Source: Dipteris shenzhenensis
Lineage: Eukaryota
Length of the DNA stretch: 64,000 bases
Direction: 5' to 3' (one strand)
Assembly: GCA_047967505.1 (NCBI GenBank)
Contig: CM106538.1
A program made the translations under genes and the position numbers. Below the pieces are notes generated by a model. The model made no database searches, had not been told where the DNA came from, and saw only the letters and a program-made list of their open reading frames with translations. This document shows, in pieces, positions 62,391-64,000 of this stretch (positions are counted from its first letter, which is position 1; each line of letters opens with the position of its first letter).

Positions 62391-63643
62391 TTTTTTTTTT
62401 TTTGGAATCTTTGAGTCATTATATTACAAAAAAAAACTATCCCAGAAAGGGAGAGCTATAATACATCGAGAGAAAATCTCACTGTAGGACAAATATACAT
62501 CATGATCAAAGACATGAGATTACAAGCTATCAAAAAGCGATTGCTGCAAAGAGTGTTTGAAGAAAGAGAAAGTGGAAAAAACAGGATCACCAAAGATCCT
62601 ATGATTATGATCCTTCCAGAGAGTCCAGAGTACCCAGTACCGAACCCAAACAAAAAATAAATCAAACTCCTGTCTAGGTGGATGTATACCAAAAAGCCAG
62701 AAGAACTTGCCAAAAACAATCTGAGGAAACCGAGCTCTCAAAATCTGCCCAAGGAAGTCCAAGAAAGCACGAGAGGAAAGACAATACCAAAAGAGATGAG
62801 GCACACTCTCTCTCGGAGCCAGACATCTGCGACAAATAGAGGAAGCAATATGTCGTCGTGCCAAGAGCTGTCCATGAGGAAGAACACCCAACAAAGCTAT
62901 CCACAAGAAAACCTGCTGACGGAGAGGAATCTTAGAATGCCAAATCTGTCTTAAACGTTTTCGCCACCATTTCATAGGACGATTAAGATGCCAAAGCTGA
63001 TTTGCCTTTTGTGAGATAAATAACGGAGAAAGTAGAACTTTATAAAGAGAAGAGATAGTAATATGTGCAAACTGCAGAGGACAGTATGACAAGCCCACAC
63101 AAGAACGTGTCTAGTCTTGAAGACAATGCTGTAGATGCAATGGAGGAACCGGTTGAAAAGGCTAGAGCATCAAAGTAATCTTATGCCAAAGTGGACGATA
63201 ATGCATTCCAAGGCCAAATTTGGCAGCAGCCAAAGGAAAAGTAAGGGGAATTCCAGCATCATCAACAACATCCTGAACCAAACGAATCCCCTTGAGACTC
63301 AGAAAATACGAACGTCAAGGCTCCTACAAAGCCAAAGGAAGGGCAAACACTCTAGACCAATGTAATACTTTCAGCTCTGAAAGAGTTGCCCTGCAAGGAA
63401 TCACTGCCATGCCAATCCAAGTGAGAAAGGATATGTTTCCAATCCATTAACAAATGGGAAACCAAAGGAAAACCAGGGATTTTGCCTGTCACAAAACCAA
63501 AAAGAAACTCCCACTGGGAAAGCTGCCAATGACCAAAAGCTGGAGATTCAACATGCAAGAGTAAATGACGAATCATGGCAGCCCATCCACACACCCACAC
63601 ATACTTGAGCATCCATTTATACAAAGTCTTCGTACTAAGTTTC
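62391..63643 (-). mobile_element. L1 ORF2 3' portion, interrupted by an LTR
   Basis: zf-RVT CRRC..ESVPHLFWYC and WVRYWVLWTLW. T run at 62391-62403. Confidence 0.85.
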
Positions 63644-64000
63644 TGTCGGCGCTCCGGCGGTGAAAGGCAGACTCAGCCATGACGAAGCCTAGTACTAAAG
63701 GAGAAGGCTGATGGGATATCTCAAGGTGTATGCCTCAGGCACACCTTGGTTTCTATGTGTGAGTGCTAGAGGCACAGTTAGGTGCCCATAAGCACAGTTA
63801 GGTGGTGGAGAGCCACATAGGATGATTGAGAGAATCTAGGAGCAGATTGAGGAGATGATTGTGGAGCTCTGAAGTCATCAGTGATGTCAGTGAGCATGTA
63901 TGAGGTGCCTACTTAAGGACCTCACTCTTCTTCATTCCATAATGCAAGTATTCTGAGTTTGTGTCCACTCTTTCCTTTCCTTTCAGTTTACCAACATGGT
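63644..64000 (+). mobile_element. 5' LTR (63644-63996) and start of the PBS of an LTR retrotransposon running off the window
   Basis: TGTCGG...CCAACA termini followed by TGGT. It abruptly interrupts L1 coding sequence. Confidence 0.65.

Overview
Eukaryotic land-plant nuclear DNA. The 18S sequence and TE content suggest a fern or other seed-free vascular plant (inference). The host locus is an oxidosqualene cyclase of cycloartenol-synthase type. Five exons lie on the minus strand (50183->33498) and two later, non-overlapping exons lie on the plus strand (2648-3085), separated by very large TE-filled intervals. A 10.8-kb orphan rDNA fragment (duplicated IGS modules, putative Pol I start, 5'ETS and a truncated, mutated 18S) abuts the last minus-strand exon. 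The rest is mobile DNA: L1-clade LINEs, including a near-intact 5.6-kb copy; RTE-X-like LINEs with a conserved structured 3' end; a 2.25-kb deleted Copia with intact LTRs and TSD; a hAT element with TIRs and an 8-bp TSD; and LTR remnants. The strongest novelty candidate is a (GT)n-microsatellite-associated L1 system that forms head-to-tail arrays. It includes a ~2-kb ORF1-only (HAL1-like) non-autonomous family with its own conserved C-terminal domain. All calls were made by eye, with no database searches.
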